Shown here one piece after another: positions 10,281-24,700 of a DNA stretch of 34,584 nucleotides. Under the pieces are notes generated by a model. It was not told where the DNA came from and did not search any database. It saw nothing but the letters and a program-made list of their open reading frames with translations. The stretch is from Toensbergia leucococca (taxonomy: Eukaryota), in NCBI GenBank assembly GCA_022813965.1, contig JALDZS010000082.1, positions 62,001 to 96,584 on the forward strand. Reading direction: 5' to 3'. The position numbers and the translations under genes are program-made. Numbering within the stretch: the stretch's first letter is position 1; every line of letters starts with the position of its first letter.

Positions 10281-13200
10281 TTATCCCGCGCCTGTTACAC
10301 CCATAGGCCCAGGCCCAGGATGCTGCTTGCCCCAAGCAGGCGGTCGATAGCTATGTCGACTTGGCGTCCCGCCCCGACTAGCTTGGCTATCGCTGCTGCC
10401 GGCCCGAGCGTGATATGGACTATTCAGGTTTGAGAGCTCGAACGGATTCGACGGCTGTGGCTGTGGCTGGGGAGTACTCAGATTGGGGGCAGATGGGTAA
10501 GCAGAGCCGGTGGAGGTGGGGCCCTGAACGTGGCGGACAGAGGATTCATTTTGCCAGGCGTGGGCTTGGTAGGGATCTGTGTCGACGCGGGTGGCTGTTG
10601 GTGGGAGGGAGCGGCCGCTGCTGGTTGTGGACTCTTTTGAGCGGGAAGGAGGTGAGGTGCTGGACATGACCGTACGGGCAGGGCCAGGTGCGCGGACTAT
10701 GTCTGCGTACCGCTTCAGGATTTCTTTTGTAGTGATGTCGGAGGGCGATGAGAAGAGGGAGGAGTCGTTCAAGATTGACTGGAGATCTTCGGGGACCTGG
10801 TTTAAGGGTTCGTGTCAGAATAACAGTGGGCTTGAGAGGACATTTTAAAAGGGGCAGCGAAAGGAGACTTACTTCACACATCTGGTCATTACATTCGATT
10901 AGAGAATTTACTGCTTCGATGGCTAGAAGGCTTTCATCGATACCGGTGACTTTGCTGTTCAAGAAGAGAATGTTTGGGGTGATGACTGTCGCGAGGTTAT
11001 GCGTGTCCATTTTGCTCCCGGTTTCATCATCGACTTGAGAAAAGGACGAGGTCCAGTTCAGGAAGGAGAAGACAATTTCGAGGGAGTCGCGGTGGCTTTT
11101 GGGGAGGAGACAGCAGGTTAGATGAAGCACCCTTCTTCGCTTTTCTTCATCCGCAATTTCTGCGCAAGGTTAGCATGAAAGCAATCTACAAACGTCTGTA
11201 GGGACATACTCTGTGACGTGATGAAAAGTCGATAAAGCTTAAAGGTAAGCAACGGGTCAGGAAGCTCTCGTAGGAACCTCTTGAGTAGAGCAGCGACCTG
11301 AACAGCATTCTCCTTTGTCAAGTCTACTTCTCCCTCCTTTGCATCGATTCTGTCAGCCAGTTCCTTGAGTCCGCGAATATTTCCGTTCTTTCGAAATACC
11401 CCTTCAATCGACATGTCCATCTGCCGCATAGCTGAAATTGTATCGTCGATCAAGCTAGGCACTCGTAGAGCACCTGGGCCCACTCCGTAGGTTGATTCTA
11501 CACCCTCTCTTTCAACGAGGGCGTCCAAGCTGACGCCAAAAACACCCTTCTTTTTCCCACCCTTTGCTCTCTCATTTTTGAACGCTTTGCCAAATTTACC
11601 CCAGAACGTCGGTTTCCTTGATTCGATTAGGCCTAATAAATCTTCCAGATTATAGTGGCCTTCAAGCAAAGGCTCCATCGAGAGTACAGCAACATGGCGT
11701 ACAATAAAATACTCTAGAGCAGAAAGCTCGGAGAAGTATCTTTTTGTTCGCTGCGGCGAAGACTCTCCACCAGTATTTTGATCGAGTTCTCGTCCACCGG
11801 AGACGTCGCGTTGATGTCCGTTGAGTAGCTTTGGCTGCCTGCTACCGGATCCCATGAGTCGATTTCCGGAGTGCTTGTAAGCATTCGGCCGTTGTTCTTT
11901 CGCTTGCTCTGCAGCAACTATTCTCGGAATATCATCGAGAGTCAAGGCATCATAGTTGCCAAAGGTGAGATCACTAGTCGCTTCGCCATTGGCGTCCCGG
12001 TCCTCCACAATGTGAAACCCGTGATTTCTTTGATCCGAACCATCGGCACCAGCCGATCCAGGTCTTATGCTTTGACCTTCAGGCCCGTCAATTATCCGAG
12101 AAGTCCGTGCCTTCTTGATCGTGGTTGATAAGTGCTTGTCCATTCGAGTTGACCGAAGTCTTTTCATCTCTCCTACCGTCTGTTCGTAGGATGAGCCAGG
12201 CTGATCATCCAATGTTGAGCCACCATACGATTTGGACCTATTATTGGACCTGAGTAGTGGAGGATCAAGTTGGCCACTCGGAGATACGCGATGGCCCTCA
12301 TTCGAGTCATAAGTTGCAAGGTTTGGATCATCTACGTTTCCCATTAGGCTTCAAGCATGTCGTGTGCGATCTCGGAACGTACCAGATGTATGAGGTAGAG
12401 TACCGCCAGAACGCAGAACTGACAAAAGCCTGGCGAGCGCCACTCTAAGGAGGAAAACGTATTGCTGTAGCCGTGTTACTTTTTCCATGCCGGCAACAGC
12501 ATCAGAGGACTGATGCCTCTCCTCCACGCAACGTCGACATATTGACCGTTCCTGCATCTCACTGCAGAACGCATTCTCCAATTCATCACCTAAATACCTG
12601 TGGCAGTTGCCACAGTCAAGATGCTTCTTGTGCCATCTTAGATGACCAAATTTGACGCACTCATCGTCGATTGGTTCTTTACAATGGTGACACAGATCAG
12701 AACGCTCGTCGGCCAGTCCTGAGACACCAGCAGTAGAGTCCAGAGACTTATCGGCATCTCTGATAGATTCCAAATCACCTAGTTCATCGAGAAAACGATG
12801 GAGTCCTTCGGTGTTCTGCCGCTCGCGCTCGAGCTTCAACGCACCTTGTAGGCTTATCCGGATAAGAAGCTTTAAATAATGTGCTAAGCCCGTGACAAGA
12901 GATAGCAGCTCCTGGGTGACGCCGAGCTTACGGACACCAGTATCCTGCGTCTTTGAAAGTAGTGAGAAAAAAGCCACTATTTTCTTGCACAGTAACTTTG
13001 CTTCTCGTCCGTACGCAAGACCTGATGATACGATCAACAAATGTCAAATCAAGGCAAAATCAGAGGACGGGTTCCTACCTTTCGCACCCTGCGAAGTGAC
13101 CAGGTGATCCAACTTATCTGTCGCTCCGAAGAGAATCTCGACGTGCCATATAAATTTCTTTGCAACCAAGACCCCATCGACATAAGCACCGTTACTGACG

Positions 13201-14263
13201 TGCAGTAACATGTCGGAGATGCATGCAGCAGAAGATTCCTCAAATTGAGAGAGCACACTCCAGATTTGGTACACCTTCTCCTCCATCTGCTCTTCTTCCT
13301 CCCGAATTAATACACGTTTCTCGTCTGTAGCGAACTCATCAGGCACTGGTCTACTGACAGCATCGGACTCCCGAAGCGCCAGACGGACGTTCCAAAATTT
13401 ATGTATCATGTAGCATTCAGGATGCCAATGCTGATTTTGTCCATTCCTGAAAATCTCAACGAACTGCTTAAGAATCGCGGTTTGACAACCATTGCATCGC
13501 TGAGCAAACTGGGTTGAATAGTGGTAATGACAGTAGACCTTGCCTTCATGCTCATAGTAGCTGTCCTGTGCTCCGAACACGGTCGGACATACTGAGCAAG
13601 TGAAATGCTCGATATGATATTTTCGATCCAAAGCGGTGATATATGAGCCGCGGAGGGCGCCCCCACAGTCAAAGCAGAGTAGATCGAGCCGTCGGAAATA
13701 GTCTGTTTCACATAAAGGATACTGGCCGTTGCCTTCTTCATCGTCAACAGGAAAAAACTTGGAGGCTACGATTTGTCCGCAATCCTAAAATCGTAGTTAG
13801 ATCAAGATCTCGTGATGCAGCCAGCTAGCGGCCTTCGACTCACTCGACATTCAAAACAATCTAGATGGAAGGTTCCCCCAAGTGCGCGAACAAATTGACG
13901 TGTCAAAGGCTCTCCACACTTTCTGCAAATTCTCGGCGCTCCGCTTGATGTTTTCCCTCCGCTACTTCCATTTGTACGTGATCTCTCCCGAAAAGTCATG
14001 TTCTGTGTCGTCTCCCGCTCTCTCCCTTGACGTCCATCAGTTGGTGATGAGTGTAAGCTGCCGTTCGACGCCTGGTCATCAGCTGCGGCAGAACCCATGA
14101 ACCTCTGCTTAGGCATGTCGAACGTGTCATGATTGTCGCCTCCACGCCGCGGATATTGATCTATTGAATCGAATGCTTCCTGCTGCTGCCCTTCAAAAGT
14201 ATCATAGCCACCTCCACCAAGTCGTCCGTCCGTTGATGGTCTTCCCTCTGATTGAGGGCTCAT
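10281..14263 (-). CDS. LRG1: LIM-domain Rho GTPase-activating protein (LRG1/Rga1-like), about 1229 aa, 6 exons
   Basis: Exons 14263-13844, 13784-13079, 13021-12383, 12331-11210, 11159-10873 and 10796-10281 (3690 nt, in frame). LIM zinc fingers CRKC..FHLDCFEC, CFDC..HIEHFTCSVC, CNGC..WHPECY and CHHC..WHKKHLDC. RhoGAP motifs VFGVSL, EGVFRKNG, ALLKRFLRELPDPL and SKMDTHNLATVITPNI. Confidence 0.9.
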
Positions 14264-15946
14264 TGTAAAGTGTGAGGCGTCGTCCGTTATCTATGTTCTG
14301 GATCGCTTGAAGAGGTCAATAGCCTTCTCAAGACCTCCTAAGACCTGCTTCACCTTAGGTGTCTCTTGCCGCCAGTTATCCTGACTTCTCTCGAAGTTGA
14401 AATTGTACTGCGATCTCGAGACCTCGCACAGATCCTCCAGTAGACTAGCTGATAGATGAACCAATACAACTCCTTTCCTACAATTGTAGTTTTGCAGCTG
14501 CAATTTGGGTATGCAGTGGCGGCGAGTACACTGCTGTAGCTAGTTGTCCAAGCCTTTCGATATTGGTTGGTCTCCACGAGAACGCGTAGCAGCTTGGAGT
14601 TTGTATCCTTGTTTTTGAATAATAACGGATAGCTAGCCTTATGCTATTCTATTTGGTGGAACATGAAAAGGTAGAGAAAAGATGTAGGCGTCGCAGCATA
14701 GGTATGGGGGTTTATTCAGCAAGTGCCTTTGGATACAGCATGTTGTAGTATGATAGCTGCGCTGGTGGATGAGAAGGAGGTCGATTAGATGGAAAATGTA
14801 CACGGAATTCAGGCGATGCGCTTGATGCGGTGTGTAGTAGGCGGAGCGCAGTGATCAAGCGGCGATGCTGAGGATGGCACATGAGACAACGAGTGGTAAC
14901 GAGTGAATGGACATAGATGGGTACAGGTGTGAAGCACAGGATGTTTGCCTGTCGATATTGTTGTGCCCGTTACATAGACGTCGTTGTGGGGAGCTTCCAA
15001 GGGGGGCGGTTATAAATTCCCGCCAGGCTTCGAGAACTCGGGTAGAGTATGCTGCTTGCTTTGGAGAGTCAGAAGCTCCCTCTCCGACTGACCAGCAAGT
15101 TGTAACTCTCTGGACGATAGATTCAGTGTCACTCTAAGGACTACGGAGTATCTTACTTCTATCTACTACTGGTGCATCGCGTTCGAGGGGCTGATACGCC
15201 TACAGCTGTCCGTCTTCTCATTGGGGGGCTTACGGCAAGATCAAGGTACTTATACTTCACATCATCTTACCAGCAGCCTTTAATTAGATGCATATCCAAT
15301 CCTCCAAATTCGAGGCTTGCGTCGACTAGCTATCGCAGTACATTCTGAAGACCCAAGCCGATCCATACACGTTCTTTGGCTGCGTGAGTACGTAGCTCAA
15401 TGACACGGAAGTAATCGAGGGGACAGTGCTGCTAGAATATTATGCGCTGTGTCTAGAATAAGGTACCTAAGTAAAGTAGTCGGACCAGGGTAAATTGAGC
15501 ACACCCTAACAGAACAGCGAGAGCTAAGATAGTAGGAGCCTTATGACACCGAGGCACCGGCTGGCTATTGCTGTACTCGTCTTCAGAGGCGGAGGCAGGA
15601 CAGCAGTAGGAGTACAAACTTCAAAGGCCAAACGCCTCGTTTTCGAAACTTGCCAAACTTTGACTTGGTTTGCTTTCATCCACTCCGTACAGCCATAGAA
15701 TAGCAACTCGTACCGCCATCAGCTACGAACCTCTTCTTTTTGTCGTCGACAATTGCCTGGAAGTCACGACCTTCACCTCGTACAAGCTGTCCACCAGGCT
15801 GAGAAAGTTCCGGAAGGCTACCTACCTACTCCCTCGCATTCACCCTGATTTGTAGTGACTCTAACAACACGACAACCTCCTCGGCCCAATCTCTTTATTT
15901 CAAGATCAGTATTCTAGAATACCTGAAGTACAACACCGCATCAATA

Positions 15947-17662
15947 ATGTCGAACCAGGCTATCCTCCGCATCACGCGTGTGAGTTAGCATTTTCTGCAG
16001 CATATTCCACGCTCTCTAATGCGCCTACAGGAGCTCTCTGACATACAGAAGAACTCTGATCTATGTATATTTTTCTTGCCCGTACAGCGTCTCGGCTCTG
16101 GAGCTCACCTGTCTATTAGCCCTTGCCGTAGCTTGTCGCGACGTCGATGTTCGAAACGTAAAAGCTCTGATTATTGGTCCCCCCGAATCTCCTTATGAAT
16201 TTGGCTTCTTCGAGGTTTGTAGCAACAGAACTCTTATAATTGTCCGATCTTTGTTGACTTAGCATCAAAGTTTTCTGTCAAATTTCCAGAAGGTTCGGAA
16301 CGCCCAATGCCGATCGTTTCTATAACGGCGAAGTTGACAATGATTAGAGTACCCCGGCAAGGCACCCACTGTGACTGCGACGACCACAAACGGTGGACGA
16401 TGCCGCTTCAACCCTAATATCTACGCCAACGGCAAGGTCTGCTTGTGAGTTGGATCTTTCCGAGCTGCTGGGCGAGCAAGCTGAACAGAGTCCTGATTTC
16501 CTCTCTAGATCTATCCTAGGGTAAATGCAAAAGTTGAAGGTACTCAAGACTTTGACTGATCCGATTACCCTAGGACTTGGAGAGGTGAACGTGGAGAGGA
16601 ATGGTCATCTGCACAGGGGCTAGAGTCCATTTTGATATCTATACAAAGTTTAATGTCCCCAAACCCCTACGAAAACGAGCCCGGTTTCGAACACGCAACT
16701 TCGGCCGAAGACAAGAAAAACATCGCCAGCTACATCGCGAAGGTAAAGCCTATCGAAGTCACCTTATGGGGCCTACTAAGAATTTTTAGATTCGGCACGA
16801 AACGCTAAGAATATCAATCATCCAGCGCCTTGAGGATTATCTCGGCATCCACACAGATGGTAGTGTTGATGAGCTTCCGTCACTTGATCCTTCTTTTCGC
16901 ACCGAGTATGATGAGGATGTCGAACCGGCCCAGCCAGTCTTTGAGCCTTTCAAAGACTTGTGTAAACGACGTTTTCTCTGGTACTATGATTCGTATCTCC
17001 TGTCCATCACAGAGGCGGAGATAACCGTGACCCAAAATTCAAGTTTTGTGACAATGCCTTTCGAAGGTGGTCATAACAGCATGCTTGGGAAATTCAACTA
17101 TGGCGAACTGCGCCGACGACTCCGACTAATCCGAGCTTGTTTAACTCGAGAGACGGAGTATTGGGCACTCGAGGGTCTAATGCAGATCAAATTGGAGGCT
17201 AGCTTCGCCGTAGCCTTGCTGCGGCAGTTTGAGCGTATCGCAGAGAGCTACAGAAAGAACGATTCGGTGACTCTAGACATCAATCTCGTGGACAAAAATA
17301 CATTCCTTTGGCAGCTCACGTATTTTGGACGACCCATGACGCATCTTGACGGCGGCATGTTCAGGATAAAAATGTCAATTAGTCCTCGCTTTCCAGATGA
17401 ACAGCCGCGAGTCTTCTTCGAAACACCCATGTTCCATCATCGAATCTCCAAGGAGGGTGTGCTTTGCTACTTCCCAAGACGCGCCGACGATATCAAGTCA
17501 CATATCGAGGCTATCATCGATGCGATCGAGGAAGAGCATCCTCCATATGATCCCCGCTGTCTTGTACACCCGGAAGCCTCGAGATTATTTTGGGGTTCGG
17601 CAGAGGATAAAAGGCAGTACAATCGGCAGCTAAGGAGGGCAGTGCAGAGGAGCACAGAGTGA
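15947..17662 (+). CDS. Ubiquitin-conjugating enzyme E2 (UBE2Z-like N-terminal UBC plus a second C-terminal UBC-like domain), about 444 aa, 8 exons
   Basis: Exons 15947-15979, 16031-16064, 16120-16214, 16271-16292, 16348-16444, 16509-16520, 16574-16742 and 16790-17662 (1335 nt). Motifs [37 protein letters not shown] and NPYENEPG. Second domain [45 protein letters not shown]. Confidence 0.88.
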
Positions 17663-19015
17663 GCACTACATCATGTCTTCTCAATCCCATGGACATCGGT
17701 AACTAATTGGAACCGCAGGGATTAGCAGTTGAGAACAGGATGAGTGAAGCTTTCGTCTCAATTAGGGCTTTACTTAATTCTCAAGTTACTGTCATTAATG
17801 AAAATGTCGAAATACCCCCACTAGCGATGCATGGTTTATATGGCGCACTCGAGGCACTTGGAGGCATGCATTTCCTTATTGAAGCATTGAAGATAGCTCA
17901 TGACAAACTTGAAATACCCAATCTCATCTATACCGACGCTAGAAATCACTTGACGACAGCAGAGTAGTCACATTCAAAGCCTATCGATTCAAGCCTTCTC
18001 AGGATTAGATTGCGTCTACGGATAGTAGCAGACACATGAAACCTTCCGACAACGTCAGATAAGGCTCGGGTTGCACAGCATTTCCTTGTCCTCCAAAACT
18101 TCACATGGTATCCAAGTCTTTGTACGAACATGACTCTGTAGAATAATGAATACGGATGGAATGCCTCACTGCTTCCGTACAGATCCGGTCATTGAGAGGT
18201 AGCCTTTCACCCTTTCTCTTGGCTCTGGAGACGTTTGAAGTGCTCCCTCGCGCACAGATAGATTTTATCAATGGCATGGGGCATGAGAATTGCACTCTAC
18301 GCTAGAGTTGCTTATTGATTGGTACCGAGGGGGGAGGATCAACCTCCACGCCTTCACCACTCCGATAGTCTCGTGACGGAATGTCCCGGGAGCGCCGAGG
18401 CAATTATACTGGCGAATACCTATCTATCCGTAGTCTGGACTCGTAATCCTGAGGATGACAGCTCTCTTCAATTGGAGGAAGCCAGTCAGCTAATTTACAT
18501 TAATTTTTTGACCACAGCGCAGATGAAAGACTCACTATTCATGCTGCACGAAGTCTCTGTACTGGGACAAAGGGGGAAGTGGAGTTCCTTCTAAACCTAA
18601 CATGTCTAGATTTTTCTTGGCGTAATCCTAATCTTATCCTCGATTGAGAACACTGCACGAGATCAAAGCTTGAAAGAGAATTATCCCAACCGAAGCAACA
18701 AATTCCTCCCAACCTTCGCCGCACATTTGATCCTCACGCATACATCAAATCTGTTCACTCCTACGTCACAACTCTCGAAGAGCTGTGTCACTCTTTTCCC
18801 ATAAGCTCCAAAGCAGCTACATGCTCACTTCTTTGTCCGCGTCAAAAACTTTTGAAGGGTCGCAACGCCGTCGGAGCTTGTCGGCAACCAGACATCCACC
18901 AGGACAGTATTCATCGAACGCGCCAGGAGTAGAAGGCGAGTCAGGAGCCTCATCGGGGCTTCCGGTCCGCGGCTTCGCTCAACCATTACCTCCTGTCCCT
19001 GCCACACCAACTGAT

Positions 19016-20543
19016 ATGTCATTATCGCGGTCCCCCTCGCCCAGAAGAGGTGGAGGATGGTCAAGTCCAGGCTTGACGAATCAATTTGATCACATTAGTG
19101 GAAGATCTACCCCGAGGAAAGGCTATGGAGAACTGCACATGAACGGAGTAATCAGTGGTAATAACGTTACGTGGGCTTCTGCAAAGGCGAAGAGCGAAGA
19201 GATCAATGGATATCCCTCGTTTTCTACAAGGAGTAATGGATTCATTGCCAGGAATGCGAGGAAGCTCTCGAATAGTCTCCCTAGGCTCAATCTCACAGGC
19301 CGGAAGGACTACGCAGATAAGGAGAAACTTGGGAGGGGACGATGGAATCCTAGCAACGGAAGCAAATTGGGACGACTGCAAACGTATTTTGGAAGGGCAG
19401 CGCGGCGTATGAGACTGAGGTTTATGCTGGTGGTTGCGTTTCTCCTAGCTACATTACTATTCTATGTCACGCGTGAGTTTTCCACTCTTGAAAATATACA
19501 CCATCAAACTGACTGATTCGTTAGCTTTGCATGGAGTTTATCGAAGAGCATCATTTTTGGGGGGTGGGAGTAAGTTTGTGGTTATCTTGGCAGCTAATCA
19601 GGGTGGAGGAGTCATGGAGTGGAAAGGCCCGCGAGAATGGGCCATTGAAAGAGATAGCGTCAAAAATAAGAAGAAGTACGTCGAGAAATGGGGTTATGAC
19701 CTTGAGATAGTCGACATGAGCACAAAAAAACGGTATGCCCATGAATGGCGGGAGAGCTGGGAGAAGGTCGATACTATTCGGAATTGTATGCGAAAGTATC
19801 CCAAGGCGGAATGGTATGTAGCTCAATCTCTCATCAGCGCCAGGCCCGATGACTGACAGTAAGAAAACAGGTTTTGGTGGCTGGACCTCAATACTTTCAT
19901 CATGGAACCTTCTTACTCGCTACAATCTCACATCTTCAATAACCTTCCGGCCAATACGTACCGCGACATTAATAATTACAATCCTTTGAACATAGTTCAC
20001 CCTTTTACCGCGCCATACCTTGATCCCCTGTCCCGGTCAGCCACCGGTGACAACAAGTCCGAGTCCATTGGCCTCGTCATCCCCCAGGATTGCAGTGGCT
20101 TCAACCTCGGTTCCTTCTTCATTCGCCGTGGCCCTTGGACAGACCGTCTCTTAGACATTTGGTGGGACCCTGTTGGCTACGAACAGAAGCATATGGAGTG
20201 GGAACACAAGGAACAAGATGCTCTCGAGCATCTTTACATTAACCAACCCTGGGTGAGGCCCCATACGGCCTTCATACCTCAGCGGAAGATCAACAGTTTT
20301 CCGCCTGGAGCTTGTGGAGAGAACGGAGAGGATGAACGAATTCACTATCGAGAAGGCGACCGGGACTTTGTGGTTAATATGGCGGGATGTGAATGGGGAA
20401 GAGATTGCTGGGGCGAAATGTACAATTACCGGGAGTTGAGTAACAAGCTTAATCGGTCACGGTGGGAAAGGTTCAAAGATGGGATCAGTGGAAAGCTGAA
20501 GGGTTTCTGGGGCGAAAGCAAGAAAGACGAAGAAGGAACATGA
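19016..20543 (+). CDS. MNN10: GT34 (GMA12/MNN10 family) alpha-1,6-mannosyltransferase subunit, about 472 aa, 3 exons
   Basis: Exons 19016-19472, 19525-19813 and 19871-20543. Type II TM helix (FMLVVAFLLATLLFYV). Motifs AANQGGGVMEWKGPREWAIER, HEWRESWEK, AEWFWWLDLNT, QDCSGFNLGSF, WEHKEQDALE and DFVVNMAGCEWGRDC. An in-frame upstream ATG at 18821 is an alternative start. Confidence 0.88.
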
Positions 20544-21751
20544 CAATAGGTTGGGAAAGAAAAGGTGCAAAAGGGTTATTGTCTCGGCGCACTTGGGTAT
20601 GGGTAATCGAACCCAGCCATTATGGACGTGAGATTGGAGTCAACATATCAGACTCCATTCGGTACTCATCAGGTCTATGAGTCTCTACGGGCGGTCTGCC
20701 GATATTATACGTGACGTCGCTTTCGAGCTGGCGTCTTCATATTCTGTTTGATATACCTAGATAATCGCATGATACCTCCAATGCATGAATTTGATGTCTT
20801 AGGGCACTGATCTCTTGGTTCAGCTTGTGTCTCAGATTGACTCGTATGAATCAATAGACAAGAGAGTAAGATATGTAGCTATGCGATGAGTGATGAGAAT
20901 AGGACTGGTGGATTTGTACTCGTGCTTGTACGAGTAAGCGCTGGACAGTCTCACAGTGTTTGAAGTTTTGCACGTGACAGCGTGACTCCGACTTGACGAT
21001 TCAGTGACGCGTGTTGATTGGAGGAGATCTAGGCCGAATTTTGGGATCTTCGTCATGGTGCCTCATCCTTCACCATTCATAGCAACTTCAGCGGCTATGA
21101 CTCCGATGCCACCAGCCCAGGGAAACCATAGTGAAATGACCATGGCGTACTCTGCAGATGCCAGAGCCAGTAGTCTTGCGCCTCTCATTCTCGACAAGGA
21201 ATCTCGCAGCTTTAAGGCGGGTAAGAGATGCCACCAGGCTCCCAAGAACGACCGGCTTTTTGGCCTGGCCTGTTTGGAACACGGCCGTTCATGCCTCACC
21301 CGTTTGACTCATCTTTCATCCACCTTGACAACAATAGAGACATCGTTCTGTCACGAGACCGCTAGGCTGCATTGCACCTGTCTTGGACTTTTCAATTCAC
21401 CTCCCATCCACATCTAATTGTCTTCATCTTCTCTTATTGTCGTGAACTTTATGATTGAAGCGTTGCGCTATTGAAGGTCATTATTCATTGGCGGGTATGA
21501 TCTTGCTATCTACCTCATCAATATAAATTCAATTTTCGATCAACAATACGCTCGAACTTTCCAGTATCCGAGACGTCTTTCTTTTCTAATCCATAAAGCA
21601 ACGCTGCGTTATGCCTCCTACGTAATAGCATATCCATTTGCCAATCTAGCTTTATCAATGTACGTGGCTGTCCACATAGTGCAAGTACCAATCTAACAAG
21701 ACAGATTCCATCAATCTCAGAATACCAACACTTGCGAAAGCTCTATGCATA

Positions 21752-24700
21752 ATGACCGCCATCGATACGCATCCCTCATGCCTTGATCCTCCTTCGTTCC
21801 CCGTAGCTCGGATACCTTTTTCGTCACCAATAGGTGAAGAGGTCTTCACCCCCACTTCAGATCACTCGAAAGCTAGCATCGCAGGAGGTTCCTCCTCAAG
21901 TCTAGGATCAGGGACAACTGATGGCGTCGGCCGCGGAATTTCTTCTTCGCGGACACGAAGGCCATCGGCGCAGAAGAGCTTGAAACAAGGATCCGAGCAA
22001 AATCATTGGACGGGGCGCAAACGAAGTAAATTACCAGGATTGAATGTGGTGACAAACTTCTCGAAGCTGCCAGATACTTCTCACCGAGCTGCTGAAAACT
22101 TCATAGAGCGCGACCGAGACATGAAAACAAAGAGACAAAACACTCGGCCAGGCTTTGTAGACCTGTCAGACATTCATTCGATGGGGGCGGTGGACAAACG
22201 TAATATTGGAACCAGCGTTGAGCGCGGTGACCGGAAGGAAGGAGCTGCGAAATCGTCAGTACACGAACTGAGGGTTCATGATAATATAAAGGATGAGCAG
22301 GGGGTTCATCCGGAGAAAGCTCCAGCTGGACTAAATTCAAAACGCTCAGAGAGATCCTTGAATTCAAGGTCAAACATTCAAGGTGAGATCAAGGGGCCAG
22401 TAAACAGTCTAAAGCGCTCCTCAAGCAAGATGACGGAACTGTCTCCGTCAGATCGACCTATCGTCATCGGAATATCAATACCCTCTAGCAGGCTTGCAGA
22501 GCATGCAAGAAGTCCAGAACCCGATAATGCAGAACCTCGGGGTTTGACCATTCAGCAGTACGCCACTGACACGGGGTCTTCTGTGGCACCAACAATTGTG
22601 GTTACTCCAGCGAAGAACGAAGCACCGTGGTCTGCACTCGCAGAAGAAACCTATACGCCACACCGACGTCGACCCTCTTCAAGTATATATTCTAGGGCGA
22701 CACATCAGGCTCGTGCAGTGTCACAGATGAATAACGTCCCACCGTTACCACCACATCCACCGAGAGCATTCTATGCTACAGGAAATGCTACTCCGAGTCC
22801 CCTCGATGAGAGCACTGGCAAACGATTACGAGAAAGGGCTGTTTCTTCTTGCACTGTGTTTGATGAAGATGATAGTCCGCCAACAGGGACTCGGGGTAGA
22901 ACGTACTCTGGAGAATCTCAACTTAAGATTCTGAATCGATCTAGTCTCGATACCATAGCCACACGACATCGTTCGCAGGGTTGGTGGAATCAGATATTGT
23001 CCCCCTTTCTTACACGATCCAACACAATGATGTCAATGCATAGCCCTGCCGAGGATAAAGCAATACCTGAGCTGCCGTACCCTTTTCAGGCGCGAGCGAC
23101 TGCCCACAAACAGAATCCAGAGGATACAAGTCACCGCTCTCCGCCTTGGACACCAGAGTCAGGGAAACCTAGAAGCGACTGTACCAGTATCTGGACAGAT
23201 GCAAGTCATTGGGAAGCAGAGAGACGGACTATCGGGCTTGCGTTCGATCACCCTGCGACTCGAGAACTTCAAATGCCTGGTGAGTCTGGTGCTTTAGATC
23301 TCCCTGCACAATTTGAAGGCTTTGGGGCTGCAGCGGAATATTTTCAGGGATGTTGGCATGATCAGAATAGCCCAACTCCCTTCTTCAAGTGCCAGAATCA
23401 TGCATGTATACCAACAAACGCCACTTCCCCGAATGTCCAAAATTCAGACAGCATTCCCAAAACGCTCGAGGATGACGTAGGCCCGTTGAACGATGGAGTT
23501 GAGGATGGTAGGCGCGACCAGTCTCAAGCCAGTGCTTTCCACCAAACACCGGCCAACCGATTTTCCGCGGCTTTCCGGCAAGCAGCTGTGTCAAAACCAA
23601 GGGCCAACAGTGAGATCACCGAGATTGAAGAAATTGACACCACTCCTGAGGTGCAGGATGCTTACGTCGCTCCTGTTGTACGTGCAGGTAATCCTATTTC
23701 CGCCATCCAGCCGAGTTCCATAGATACTTCAAGTGAGCCCGTAAAGGAGACAATGAAGAGTCCGCAGCCTTCATACTCCTCTTCTCGCCAACTCCCGCCG
23801 TACTCTCCACCCCGATCCCTGAAGGCAGCCAAACGAATTGTGGCTGTTATGCCTCCAGATCATGCTCGATCTATAGATGAGCAAGCACTGTCTCCAGAGC
23901 CTGTGTCTCCAGCCTTGCAGAAGACGATGATTTCGAAAGATGGAATACTTATGGGTGAAGTTCCTGACGAAGTCTCACCACCCACAGTGCAGAAGATGTA
24001 CGCCACGAATCAATACCATAGGAGTCCACCCACTCGTCTGCCTAGTGAAACAGTGACTCTCGCAGACTTTGAACCACCGCCGAATGCAAAGCGCGTGAAG
24101 AGGGTCCCAGAAGAGAGTAGGGAGTTCCGAGAAAAGTCTGATTCTAGACCTCGAGATACCAATAACCAAAGTGTCTCTAGGTACAGAAAATGTCTCGACA
24201 GTGGCGGACCAAAAGCCAAGAAGAGAAGATGTCTCTATATCATCATCACCACACTTCTTCTGATCATGATAATCCTGATAGTCGTGCTCGCTATGACTTT
24301 GACTCGCAAAGGCGATAAAATGCCTATTCAATCGCAGTGGCTGAATATTACTGGATACCCACCTATACCGACTGGCATTGCTACAATTGCCCAGCCGGAC
24401 GCTGTAGAAGAGGACTCTGGATGTATACAGCCTGCGACGATGTGGAGTTGTGCTTTGCCAAAAGAGGAGCAACAGTCTGTGGCTCCAAACGATCCAGACC
24501 AGCCGAACTTCAGGCTTGAGATTCGCTTTCGAAACGACACTTTGACCAATTCGACAACAAGCAATTCGACCAATGTCGGTAAGAGATCTCAGGCATATGC
24601 TGCGAATCCATTCTCTATTGCGAGTCTTCTTCGACGCCGATTACTGGGCATCCGTGATTCATTTACTGATGCCCTGTACAATCCATCTCCACCGCCACCA

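Noticed and set aside
18785..19015. N-terminal extension of the MNN10-like gene
   Set aside because: In frame but low complexity. MSLSRSPSP..GGGWSSPGL looks like the usual family start. Unresolved without transcript data.
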